From: Mobula hypostoma
Lineage: Eukaryota
NCBI RefSeq assembly: GCF_963921235.1
Contig: NC_086098.1
Span: forward strand, 7,688,001-7,752,000
Length of the DNA: 64,000 nucleotides
Direction of reading: 5' to 3'
Part shown: positions 49,539-61,239 of the stretch, in pieces
Position numbering within the stretch: the stretch's first letter is position 1
How the letters are laid out: the number at the start of each line of letters is the position of its first letter
The notes under the pieces: generated by a model
Seen by the model: only the letters and a program-made list of their open reading frames with translations
What the model was told of the DNA's origin: nothing
Databases searched by the model: none
Made by a program: the position numbers and the translations under genes

Positions 49539-50706
49539 GCAAACACGAGGAATTCTGCAGATGCTGGAAATTCAAGCAACACACATCAAAGTTGCTGGTG
49601 AACAAAGCAGGCCAGGCAGCATCTCTAGGAAGAGGTACAGTTGACATTTTGGACTGAGACCCTTCGTCAGGACTAACTAAAAGAAGAGCTAGTAAGAGAT
49701 TTGAAAGTGGGAGGGGGAGGGGGAGATCCAAAATGATAGGAGAAGACAGGAGGGGGAGGGATAGAGCCAAGAGCTGGACAGGTGATAGGCAAAAGGGATA
49801 TGAGAGGATCATGGGACAGGAGGTCCGGGAAGAAAGACATGGAGGGGGAGAAAACCCAGGGGATGGGCAAGGCGTATATTCAGAGGGACAGATGGAGAAA
49901 AAGGAGAGAGAGAGAGAAAGAATGTGTGTGTATAAATAAATAACAGATGGGGTACGAGGGGGAGGTGGGGCATTAGCGGAAGTTTGAGAAGTCGATATTC
50001 ATAGAAACATAGAAAATAGGTGCAGGAGTAGGCCATTCGGCCCTTCAAGCCTGCACCGCCATTCAGTATGATCATGGCTGATCATCCAACTCAGAACCCT
50101 GTACCAGCCTTCCCCCCATACACCCTGATCCCTTTAGCCACAAGGGCCATATCTAACTCCTTCTTAAGTATAGCCAATAACATTTGCCGATGTAAACTCA
50201 GTGGCTACCCAGACAGAATATAAGGTGTTGTTCCTCCAGCCTGAGTGTGTCATCCTGGGTGTAGCCTCCAACCTGATGGCATGAACATTGACTTCTCAAA
50301 CTTCCGCTAATGCCTCACCTCCCCCTCGTGCCCCATCCGTTATTTATTTATATACACACGTTCTTTTTCTCTCTCTCCTTTTTCTCCCTCTGTCCCTCTC
50401 ACTATACCCCTTGCCCATCCTCTGGGTTTTCCCCCCTCCCCCTTTTCTTTCTCCCTAGGCCTCCTGTCCCATGATCCTTTCGTATCCCTTTTGCCAATCA
50501 CCTGTCCAGCTCTTGGCTCCATTCCTCCCCCTCCTGTCTTCTCCTATCATTTTGGATCTCCCCCTCCCCCTCCCACTTTCAAATCTCTTACTAGCTCTTC
50601 CTTCATTTAGTCCTGACAAAGGGTCTCGGCCAGAAACGTCGACTGTACCTCTTCCTAGAGATGCTGCCTGGCCTGCTGCGTTCACCAGCAACTTTGATGT
50701 GTGTTA
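49539..50706. mobile_element. Penelope-like element 3' ends in inverted arrangement, 14-bp TSD
   Basis: Arms about 49575-50000 and 50280-50705 are reverse complements; encodes TLRLEEQHLIFCLGS and SLQPDGMNIDFSNFR* (PLE GIY-YIG C-terminus type); TSD CACTAAGGGTATAT at 49525 and 50707. Confidence 0.88.
50001..50178 (-). mobile_element. CR1 family A 3' terminal fragment inside the Penelope structure
   Basis: ATAGAAACATAGAAAATAGGTGCAGGAGTAGG..TATAGCCAAT matches 17125ff. Confidence 0.95.
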
Positions 50707-51129
50707 CACTAAGGGTATATACTGAGCCATCCACATTATGTCAGAGTAATCGCCCCTGAGCAGACAACCTGACGGTGTGCTTTACACATGCCCTTTGTAT
50801 TTGCAACAATTTGGTTTTTTTTTGCACATTGGTTGCTTGTACATCTATATGTGCAGTTTTTTATTGATTCTATTATTTGTTTTCACTTACAGTGAATGTC
50901 TTCAAGAAAATGACTTCAGGGTTGCGTATGGTAAAATATACTGTATGTCCTTTGATAATAAATTTACTTGCAACTTGGAACTTTAAATGTGCATTAACTA
51001 GAGGGACCACCATCCCCATGGAGTTGTGACGGCTTCTCGAAGTTCATCACCTGGTTCTGGATACTAGAATGTACCATCCATAACTTTCAGTGATGAAAAA
51101 GGATCAATAATAAATGAGAATGAGTGTCG

Positions 51130-51470
51130 TTAACTCCTTTTGTTCCAGAGCCTGATGATTGAGGGGTGGTAACTGTTCTTGAACCTGGTGGTTGGAGCCC
51201 TGGGGCTCCTATACCTTCTACCTGACGGCAGCAGCAAGAAAAGAGCATGGCCTGGGTGGTGAGGATCTTTGATGATGGATGCTGCTTTTCTACAGTAACA
51301 TTTCATGAACATGTGCCCGATGGTTGGGAGGTTTTATCCAAAATGTATTTGGCCAAATCCATTACCCTTTGTTGGATTTTCTGCGCAAAGGCATTGGTGT
51401 TCCCATACCAAGCCATGATGCAGCCAGTCAACACACTTTCTGCCACACACCTGCAGAAGTTTGCCAAGAC
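51130..51470 (-). mobile_element. Rex/L2-group LINE 3' fragment
   Basis: CRKAASIIKDPHHPGHALFLLLPSGRRYRS..TTRFKNSY. Confidence 0.8.
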
Positions 51471-51791
51471 ATTCAGCTCTCACCTGTGGCTCCAAGTAGC
51501 TGTTTGTATGTAGCAGGAGTTACACCCTGGTATACCACTTCACAGGTAGGCTAAACCAGGAGAGGGGAGCTGGTGGGCCTCATACCCCAGTGCAATAGGG
51601 AACCAGCCTGTCCTAGCATGCAAGGTCACAGCGGACTCCGTGGATGCGATCCACAGTGAGATCCAATGGCCAGGAAGGTGGTTCTGCAATGCTTCCTGGA
51701 GAGCAAAGGACATGGCAAGGCACAGAAGACGTCATGGTCACCACTGTAACCAGTGAAGATCCCACTTGTAATCACAACTTGTACCATTAGA

Positions 51792-52235
51792 ACGCAAACA
51801 ACAGGAATTCTGCAGATGCTGGAAATTCAAGCAACACACATAAAAGTTGCTGGTGAACGCAGCAGGCTAGGCAGCATCTCTAGGAAGAAGTGCTGTCGAC
51901 GTTTCAGGCCGAGACCCTTCGTCAGGACTAACTGAAGGAAGAGTGAGTAAGGGATTTGAAAGTTGGAGGGGGAGGGGGAGATCCAAAATGATAGGAGAAG
52001 AGAGGAGGGGGAGGGATGGAGCCAAGAGCTGGACAGGTGATAGGCAAAAGGAATATGAGAGGATCATGGGACAGGAGGCCCAGGGAGAAGGACAAGGGGG
52101 GGGGGGGTGACCCAGAGGATGGGCAAGAGGTATATTCAGAGGGACAGAGGGAGAAAAAGGAGAGTGAGAGAAAGAATGTGTACATAAAAATAAGTAACAG
52201 ATGGGGTACGAGGGGGAGGTGGGGCCTTAGCGGAA
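51792..52235 (-). mobile_element. Penelope-like terminal-repeat insertion with 11-bp TSD
   Basis: Homologous to 49539-49985; TSD GTACCATTAGA at 51781 and 52236; hammerhead motif at 51894-51929. Confidence 0.88.
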
Positions 52236-52339
52236 GTACCATTAGACCCAGATTCGCGGGTTCCGAGGGTGCAACTGTCTCAGTGCCATGCTTTTCCACT
52301 TTTAAAACTCTCCTGCACAGCTTTCTTCATGCAGTTCAT

Positions 52340-52700
52340 ATCTTCTAATGAAGAACTGCATCAGCATCATGTATGAGGGGACAACCAATCATATCACTGT
52401 AACTTGGATAAGACTGCCGCGTTGCTCTTGCATGAGCTGGAACCTAATCAGGATCGAAATAAGCTGCAGAAAGTTGCGAATGCTGGGCACAAGCCTCCCC
52501 AGCATCCAGAACAGCTTCAAAGAGGGATGCTTCAAAAAGGTGGCATTCATCATTAAGGACCCCCATCACCCAGGACATGCTCTCTTCTCATTGCTGCCAC
52601 CAAGGAGTAGGTAGAGGACCCTAAAGACACACACTCAATGTTTTAGAAACAGCTTCTTTCCCTCCTCCGTTAAATTTCTGAGTGGATATTGAACCCACAT
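52340..52700 (+). mobile_element. Rex/L2-group LINE 3' fragment
   Basis: TSLPSIQ..CFKKVAFIIKDPHHPGHALFSLLP. Confidence 0.75.
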
Positions 52701-52877
52701 GCAAGCTTTACCTCACTGGGCTATAAGGCCCACCAGCTACCCTCTCCTGGTTTAGCCTGGTTTTTGCGCTATTTATTTAATTTATTTTATATGTATTTAT
52801 TGTAAATAAGTACTTATTGTATATATGTACTTTTGTGTATATATCTGTCCTATTGTAAATTAGTCTTTTATTAGTTT

Positions 52878-52982
52878 CTTTCTTTTCAAATCTTTTTATT
52901 GTTATATTATACCAAAAAAACAAGATTACATTGAAGTAACAACACTTACAATGTCTCAAAAAAGACATTATCTGAAAGATTT
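52878..52982 (-). mobile_element. 105-bp retroposed 3' end with 19-bp direct repeat
   Basis: ATTAGTCTTTTATTAGTTT at 52859 and 52983; minus-strand AATAAA followed by an A-rich tail. Confidence 0.65.
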
Positions 52983-52999
52983 ATTAGTCTTTTATTAGT

Positions 53000-53572
53000 T
53001 TAAGAGTTGTGAGGTAATGATGCAGCTCTATAAAACTCTGGTTAGGCCACACCTGGAGTACTGTGTCCAGTTCTGGTCACCTCACTATAGGAAGGATGTG
53101 GAAGCACTGGAAAGGATACAGAGGAGATTTACCAGGATGCTGTCTGGTTTAGAGAGTATTCATTATGATCAGAGATTAAGGGAGCTAGGGCTTTACTCTT
53201 TGGAGAGAAAGAGGATGAGAGGAGACATGATAGAGGTGTACAAGATAATAAGAGGAATAGATAGAGTGGATAGCCAGCGCCTCTTCCCCAGGGCACCACT
53301 GCTCAACACAAGAGGACGTGGCTTTAAGGTAAGGGGTGGGAAGTTCAAGGGGGATATTAGAGGAAGGTTTTTTACTCAGAGAGTGGTTGGTGCGTGGAAT
53401 ATCCTGCCTGAGTCAGTGGTAGAGACAGATAAACTAGTGAAATTTAAGAGACTACTAGACAGGTATATGGAGGAATTTAAGGTGGGGGGTTATATGGGAG
53501 GCAGGGTTTGAGGGTCGGCACAACATTGTGGGCCGAAGGGCCTGTACTGTGCTGTACTATTCTATGTTCTAT
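53000..53572 (+). mobile_element. CR1 3' fragment
   Basis: ORF 53017-53511 [33 protein letters not shown] tail. Confidence 0.92.
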
Positions 53573-53636
53573 ATATTTCGATGTACTGCTGCCGCATAAC
53601 AAGTTTTACAACATATGCCAATGATATTACACCTGA

Positions 53637-53736
53637 AACAACACACATCAAAGTTGCTGGTGAACGCAGCAGGCCAGGCAGCATCTATAGGAAGAGGCGC
53701 AGTCGACGTTTCAGGCCGAGACCCTTCGTCAGGACC
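53637..53736 (-). mobile_element. 100-bp Penelope-derived insert with hammerhead motif, 9-bp TSD
   Basis: TSD TACACCTGA at 53628 and 53737; hammerhead motif at 53701-53736. Confidence 0.85.
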
Positions 53737-54468
53737 TACACCTGATTTTGATTCGGATTCTGAGAAGACCTTAAAGATGGAATTGTAAGAAAGAGGAGTA
53801 TGCTTTTTCAAGACTTTGGTTTCGAGGTGTACAGCAGGATGATACTTCACAAGGACAACTTAAACTGCAAAGACTGTAAATCTGATCTTGAAATAGAAAG
53901 TACCACTGACACACTTAGATCCCGCAGTTGAAAGGAATCAACTTTCTAATAATTGATCTTGCACTGTAGTCTGCTCCTGCCATTTGTACTTTGACACTAT
54001 TGCATTCAGTATAGAGGATAGTTGGGTGTTAAAGGTTTAGAGTTTTGCCTTAGGTACATATTCTTTTGAATCCTCGGATGATTGTCAGTCCTTTAAGCTG
54101 AGTACTCAATTTTGAAACTGTTCTTTCTGGCCAGTCTCCAAGTATGCACTATGTGTCGGCCCGAGTGTAACAATAGTACCCCCTTGTGAGCCAAGCTGGA
54201 TATAAGCTCAATATGTCAGTCCATGGCTTCCTCAGAGGCTGCATTCAGTTTGGAGGAGTTACACATCATAATCCGATGAAGTCCTCATCAAAGGTCTCAG
54301 CCCAAAATGTCGACTGTGTTTTCACTACCATAGACGCTGCCTGACCTGCTGAGTTCCTCCAGCATTTTGTTTGTGTTAAACCTAAATTCCATCCAGGCAG
54401 TGCTGGCAGCAGGAACATTGATCTCTGTAGCTTCCAGTAATTTCTACGCTCTCTCCTTCTCTCTTCTA

Positions 54469-57400
54469 GACCATAAGACATAGGAGTAGAATTAGGCAAT
54501 TTGGCCCTGTTCCACCATTCAATCATGCCTGATCCTTTTTTTCTCCTCCTCAGCCCCACTCCCCAGCCTTATCCCCTTAACCTTTGATGCCATGCCCAAT
54601 CAAGAACCTATCAATCTCCACCTTAGATACACACAGCAACCCATCTTCCACAACTGCCTGTGACAACAAATTCCACAAATATACCACCCTCTGGCTAAAG
54701 AAATTTCTCAACATCTCTGTTTTAAATGGACCCCCCTTCTATCCTGAGGCTGTGCCCTCTTGTCCTAGACTCCCCTACCATGGGAAAAGTCCTTTCCACA
54801 TCTACTCTTTATTGACATTTCAAGCTTCGAAATGTTTCAAAGATATCCTCTATCATCTTTCTAAATTCCAGCAAGTACAGGCCCAGAGCCATCAAATGTT
54901 CTTCATATGATAACCCTTTCATTCCCGGAATCATCGTTGTGAACCTCATCTAAACCCTCTCCAATGCCAGCACATCTCTTCTAAGATGAGGAGCCCAAAA
55001 CTGTTCACAATACTCAAGGTGAGGCCTCACCAGAGCCTTATAAAGCCTCAGCATCACATCCCTGATGTTGTATTCTAGACCTCTTGAATGTATTTTCCTT
55101 CTTCACCACTGACTGGTGAAGTTAGGGTGTTCTGCACAAGGACTCCCGAGCCCCTTGGCATCTCATACTTGTTCAATTTTCTCCATTTAGAAAATAGTCC
55201 GCACATTTATTTCTTCTGACAAAGTGCATGACCCTGCATTTTCAAACTTTGGATTTCATTTGCTAATATTTTGCCCATTCTCTTAATCTGCCTAAGTCCT
55301 TCTGCCACCTATCTGTTTCCTCAATGATACCTGCTCCTCCACAAATCTTCATATCATCTGCAAACTTGCAGCAAAGCCATCGGTTCTATCATCAAAATCA
55401 ATGCTATACAGCGTAAAAAGAAACGGTCCCAACACCAACCCCTGCGGAACACCACCTGTCACTGGCAGCCTACAAGAAAAGGATCCTTTTATTCCCACTT
55501 GCTGCCTATTAGCCAATGCTCTAACCATGTGAGTAAGTTTCCTGTGATACCATAGGCTTTTAACTTGGTAAGCAACCTGATGTGTGGCACCTTGTCAAAT
55601 GCTTCTGAAAATCCAAATATACAACATCCACTGCATCCCCTTTTTCTATCTGACGTTTAATCACCTCAAAGAATTCCAATAGGTGTGTCAGGCAAGATTT
55701 TCCCTTAAGGAAACCATGCTGACTCTGTCCTATTTTGACCTGTGTCACCAAATACTCCTTAACTTTATCCTTAATTATTGACTCCAACATCTTCCCAACC
55801 ACTGAGGTCAGGCTAACTGGTCTATAATTTCCTTTCTGCTGTCTTCCTCCTTTCTTAAAGAGTAGAGTGACATTTGCAATTTTGCATTCCTCTGGAACCA
55901 TGCCAGAGTCCAATGATTCTTGAAAGATCATTGCTAATGCCTCCAAAGTCTTACAGCTATTGCTTCAGAACCCCAGGATGCAGTTCATTTGGTCCAGGTG
56001 ACTGATGTACCCTCAGGTCTTCCAGCTTTTAGAGCAGCTTCTTCCTGTAACAGTAACTGCACTCACTTCTCTTCCCTCACACACTTCAACATCTGGCACA
56101 CTGCTTGTGTCTTCCACAGTGAAGACTGATGTAAGATATGCACCTTCCTCATTTTTCTCAGATTACTGCTCTGCTGTCATCCCTGCTAGCACCTTCTTCC
56201 AATTTCCACTGGCAAATCCTCTCTCATACCATTGTAATTTCCTTTACTGCACTGAAATACTGATATGGCAGACTGTACTTTCTCCGTATCAAATATCACG
56301 TTGACCTCAATCGTATTGTGATCAATCCCTACTAAGGGTTCTTTTACCTTAAACTCTGTTATTGCCTCCGGTTCATTATAGAACGCCCAGTTAAGTGTAG
56401 GTGATCCCGTAGTAGGCTCAACGACAAACTAAAAAGTCATTTCATAAGCATTCCACAAATTCAGTCTCTTGAGATCCATTACCAACCTAATTTTCCCAAT
56501 CTACCTGAATGTTAAAATCTCCCATATCATTGTCCTTTTGACACATCATTTCTATTTCCCTTCGTAATCTGTAGTCCACATCCCAACTACTGTTGCAAAC
56601 CTTTACATAACTGCCATCAGGATCCTTTTACCTTTGCAGTTTCTTATCTCAAACTACAAGAAACCAAGATCTTCGAATCCTGTGTCATATCTTTCTACCA
56701 ATTTGATGCTATTCTTTACCAGCAGAGCCACGCCATCCCCTTTGCCTGCCTCCTATCCCTCCAATACCAACATGTAACCTCAGACCAAGCACCTTTCAAC
56801 CAGCTACAACCATCCTTCAGTAACAATTCAGTAATGGCCACAACATCATACCCAACAATTTGTAAAAGTGCAACAAGTTCATCCACCTTATTTCTTATAC
56901 TGTACTTCATGTAGAAAGATATAACACTTTAAAGTATTATATGTGCTACCATTTTTGATTCTGCATCCTTAATACACTGATACTCACCCGATTAGTTGCA
57001 ATGTTGTCCTGTCATCGGCCTGTCCTTCCTGACAGTCTGACTGCATGCTATCTTTGCTTTTTCACCACCAGTCTTATCCTGAGTCCCTTCAGTCTGGTTC
57101 CCATACCCCTGCCAGATTAGCTTAACACTTCCGCAACAGCTCTAACAAACAATAGACAATGGGTGCAGGAGTAGGCCATTCAGCCCTTCGAGCCAGCACC
57201 GCCATTCACTGTGATCATGGCTGATCATCCACAATCAGTATCCAGTTCCTGCCTTATCCCCATAACCTTTGATTCCGCTATCTTTAAGAGTTCTAGCCAT
57301 CTCTTTCTTGAAAGCATCCAAAGACTTGGCCTCCACTGCCTTCTGGGGCAGAGCATTCCATATATCCACCACTCTCTGGGTGAAAAAGTTTTTCCTCAAC

Positions 57401-58990
57401 TCTGTTCTAAATGGCCTACCCTTTATTCTTAAACTATGGCCTCTGGTTCTGGACTCACCCATCAGCGGGAACATGCTTCCTGCCTCCAGCGTGTCCAATC
57501 CCTTAATAATCTTATATGTTTCAATCAGATCCCCTCTCATCCTTCTAAATTCCAGTGTATACAAGCTCAGTCGCTCCAATCTTTCGACATATGGCAGTCC
57601 CACCATCCCGGGAATTAACCTTGTGAACCTACGCTGCACTTGCTCAATAGCAAGAATGTCCTTCCTCAAATTTGGAGACAAAACTGCACACAATACTCCA
57701 GATGTGGTCTCACCAGGGCCCTGTACAACTGCAGAAGGACCTCTTTGCTCTTATACTCAATTCCCCTTGTTATGAAGGCCAGCATGCCATTAGCTTTCTT
57801 CACTGCCTGCTGTACTTGCATACTTGCTTTCAGTGACTGATGTACAAGAACACCTAGAGCTCATTGTACTTCCCCTTTTCCTAACTTGCCCCCGCATCAG
57901 CTTCTCAGGTACGTATTAATCTTCTAAGTCATCCTGCTTCTACCCTCACTGGTGTGTAGCACAGGTAGCAATCCAGAAATTACTATCCGGGAGGTCCTGC
58001 TTCTCAGCTTTCTACTTTGCCCTCTAAATTCTCTCTTCAGGACCTCTTTGCTTTTGCTTCCTGTGTCATTGGTACCAATATGCATCAAGACATCTGGCTG
58101 CTCTCCCTCCCTCTCCAAAATGCTGTGGACACGATCCAAGACATCCCTGACCCTGGCACCCGGGAGGCAACATTCCATCTGGGTGTCCTGTTCACATCCA
58201 CAAAATCTCTTCTCTATTCCTCTGTCTATTGAGTCCCCTATCACTTTTGTTCCCCTCTTCTCCCTCTTTCCCTTCTGCACCACACATCCATGCTCAGTGC
58301 CAGTAACTTGTCTCCATGGCATTCCCCTGGGAGGTCATCCCCCACAACAGTATCCAGAACTGTATACTTATTATTGAGGGGAGTGGCCACAGGGGTGCTC
58401 TGTGCTAACTGCCTATTCACCATCCCATTCCTGCTCCTGACAGACAACCCGCTACCCGCCTCCTGCAACTTACGGGTGACTACTTTCCTGTAACTCTGAT
58501 TGATTATCTCCTCACTTTACCTTACAAGATGAAGGTCATCGAGCTGCTACTCCAGATCACTAACACGGTCTTCAAGGAGCTACAGCTGGATGCACTTTAC
58601 TTCCTTGGGAAATTCTGGATCTCCCTGAACTCCAACATCCAGCATGAAGAACACACAACGACCATTAAAACTGCACTAAATGCCACTGACACATGAGAAA
58701 AAGGAAACGTAACAGAAACCTGGAGAACTTACCCAGAGCCAACGCCTCTTCCGCAGTGAAGCCTCCTTTGAGCCAAAACTGGCACTCCCACTCTCACCGC
58801 TGGCCTACTCCCAACAATGGCCAATCCACTTGTCCCTTCTGTACTTTCATTTACTCCTCTCTGCACTGCTCCTGCTGCTGATTCGGTCACCGGAAATGAC
58901 ACCAAATACCTACAAACTCTCCTTTTCAAATGAGCGCTACTGATCTGTGAGTAGCCTCCTCTCCGTGTGCTATTCCTGCCACTGATTGGG
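54469..58990 (-). mobile_element. Degenerate CR1 family B from 5'UTR/ORF1 to 3' tail, internally deleted
   Basis: ORF1 VIGDSIDRG..CCLPGA..HIGTND; APE AITELLL; RT YRPVSLTS, QHGF; CTTATG tail. Confidence 0.88.
57147..57887 (-). mobile_element. CR1 family C 3' fragment nested in CR1 ORF1
   Basis: ORF 57235-57693; ATTGTCT-repeat tail. Confidence 0.92.
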
Positions 58991-59344
58991 TCTTTGGAAT
59001 GACAGCCCAATGTCCATTCCCCATTCCGGCTCCCCTCTTACCTCTTCTCATCTCCACATTTTCCCATCACATCCCTCCAGTGCCCCTCTTCCTTCCCTTT
59101 CTCCTGTCCTCTCTCCTCTTCCATCAGATTCTTTCCTCTTCAGCTCTTTACCTTTTCCATCTATTACCTCCCAGTTTCTCACTTCTTAACCCCTCTCCTA
59201 CCCATCTTCCCCCTCACGTGGCCTCACCTGTCACCTCCCAGCTTATTCTGGTTTCTTCCTCCTTCCTTTTATTCTGGTAAAAAGTCTCAGCCTGAAATGT
59301 TGACTGTTTATTCCTTTCATCAGCTACCTGCTGATGAGTTCCTA
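58990..59344 (+). mobile_element. Older Penelope-like terminal-repeat relic
   Basis: Pyrimidine-rich tract then AAAGTCTCAGCCTGAAATGTTGACTG..CCTGCTGA; similar relics at 54275-54380, 60330-60445 and 63710-63826. Confidence 0.6.
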
Positions 59345-59370
59345 CAAGTAGGTACAGAGGAGATATCAGG

Positions 59371-59406
59371 GGTCCTGACGAAGGGTCTCGGCCTGAAACG
59401 TCGACT
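59371..59406 (+). ncRNA. Minimal hammerhead ribozyme motif (Penelope type)
   Basis: GGTC-CTGACGA-AGGGTCTCGGCCT-GAAAC-GTC-GACT: stem I, CUGANGA, stem II, GAAA, GUC site. Confidence 0.7.
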
Positions 59407-59469
59407 GTACCTCTTCCTAGAGATGCTGCCTGGCCTGCTGTGTTCACCAGCAACTTTGATGTGTGTTGC
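59374..59469 (+). mobile_element. 96-bp Penelope-derived insert, 13-bp TSD
   Basis: TSD AGATATCAGGGGT at 59361 and 59470. Confidence 0.88.
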
Positions 59470-59709
59470 AGATATCAGGGGTAAGCTTTTTGCACAGAGA
59501 GTGGTGAGTGCGTGGAATGGGCTGCCAGTGGCGGTGGTGGAGGCGAAAGCAATAAGGTCTTTTAAGAGACTCCTGGATGGATACATGGAGCTTAGAAAAA
59601 TAAAGGGCTATGGGTAAGCCTAGGTAGTTCTAAGGTAAGGACATGGTTGGCACAGCTTTGGGGGCCAAAGGGCCTGTATTGTGCTGCATGTTTTCTATGT
59701 TTCTACAAT

Positions 59710-59990
59710 TAGAGATCAAAGTTTGAGAGTGAAAACTGAAATGGTTAAGGGGATCATGAAGGGGAACTTCTTCACCCAGAGGTTGGTGAGATTGTGGAAT
59801 GAGTTTGCAGCAGAAATGGTGGATGCAGAATTGATTTCAACATTTAAGAGAAGTTTGGATAGATACATGGATTGGAGAGGTTTGGAGGGCTATGTTCTGT
59901 ATAGGTTGATTGAACTAGGCAGATTAAACGTTCAACACAGACTTGATGGGCTGAAGGGCCTGTTTTTGTGCTTTAGTGCTCTATGACTCT
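59710..59990 (+). mobile_element. Degenerate CR1 3' end
   Basis: GNFFTQRLVRLWNE..TFKRSLDRYMD. Confidence 0.75.
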
Positions 59991-60472
59991 TCTATTTTGT
60001 GTGTGTTACTCTCGATATAAGGAGGAGTAACTTTACAAGTGATTCATCGATTTCTCTGAAGGGATGAGACTTAGATACACATCAGTGAAACCACTGCCTG
60101 GGAATATTTTTCATTTGGACAGGTCTAATCAAGTAATATAGTATAACACTGTTGCCCAATTATTGGATCCTTTGGTGTGTTTCTGCTCATAAATTACAAT
60201 GAGCAAAAATAAACTCAATAAATTAAATTTGAAACAAAGCTGACAAGAAGGTCAAATTAGAAATGAAGTTGTGTTGAGAACAATGCTGTATCGAGCATTG
60301 TCAACATCTCATCTAAAATATTTGGAGAACCACACATAAAAAACACTGGAGGAGCTCAGATCAACAGACAGTATCTATGGAAGGAAATGAACAGTCGACA
60401 TCTCAGGCTGAGACCCTTCATGAGGATGTCTTGTTGAAGGGTCAAAGATCAAGAATCAGGGCTCAACTTTAA

Positions 60473-61125
60473 GCCATAAGATATGGGGGCATAAATAGGC
60501 CATTTGGCCCATCGAATCTGCTCTGCCATTTCACCATGGCTGATCTATTTTCCTCTCAGCCCCAGTCTCCAGCCTTCTCCCCGTATCCCTTCATGCCCTG
60601 ACTAATCAAGAATCTATTAACTTCTGTCTTAAATATACTCAATGACTTGGCCTTCACAGATGTCTGGCAATGAATTCCACAGATTTGCCACTCTCTGGCA
60701 AATGAAATTCCTCCTCATCTCCATTCAAAATCGACGTGCCTCTATTCTGAGGCTGTGTCCTCATGTCTTAGACTCCCCCACCATAGGATACATCCTGTCC
60801 ACTTCCACTCTATCAAGACCTTACAATATTCAATAGGCTTCAATGAGCTCACTCTTCATTCTTCTGGATTCTAGTGAGCAGAAGCCCAGAACCGTCTACA
60901 ATGATGGCTCATATGATAAGCCTTTCAATCTGAAATCACTTCTGTGAAATTTCCTTAGCCCTCTCCAATGTCAGCAATCCATCCTTAGATATCTACTCAC
61001 AATACTCCAAGTGAGGCCTCGCCAGTGCTTTGCAAAGCCTCAGCATTACATCCTTGCTTTTCTGTGCTAGTCCTCTTGAAATGAATGCTAACATTTGCCT
61101 TCCTCATCACTGACTCAACCTGTAA
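60473..61125 (-). mobile_element. Degenerate CR1 3' fragment
   Basis: Homologous to 54469-55120. Confidence 0.8.
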
Positions 61126-61239
61126 ATAAATATTTATATAAAAAGTAACGTTAGAGGTTAAAATGCAGATATGGAGTTAAATGTGGTGGTAGTCCTGTGG
61201 ATTGGAAGAAGACACGCTGTTGTGCAGTTCATCTGTGGA

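Larger units (their letters stand above)
59345..59705 (+). mobile_element. CR1 family E 3' end split by a 96-bp insert
   Basis: SRYRGDIRG|KLFAQRVVSAWN. Confidence 0.88.
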
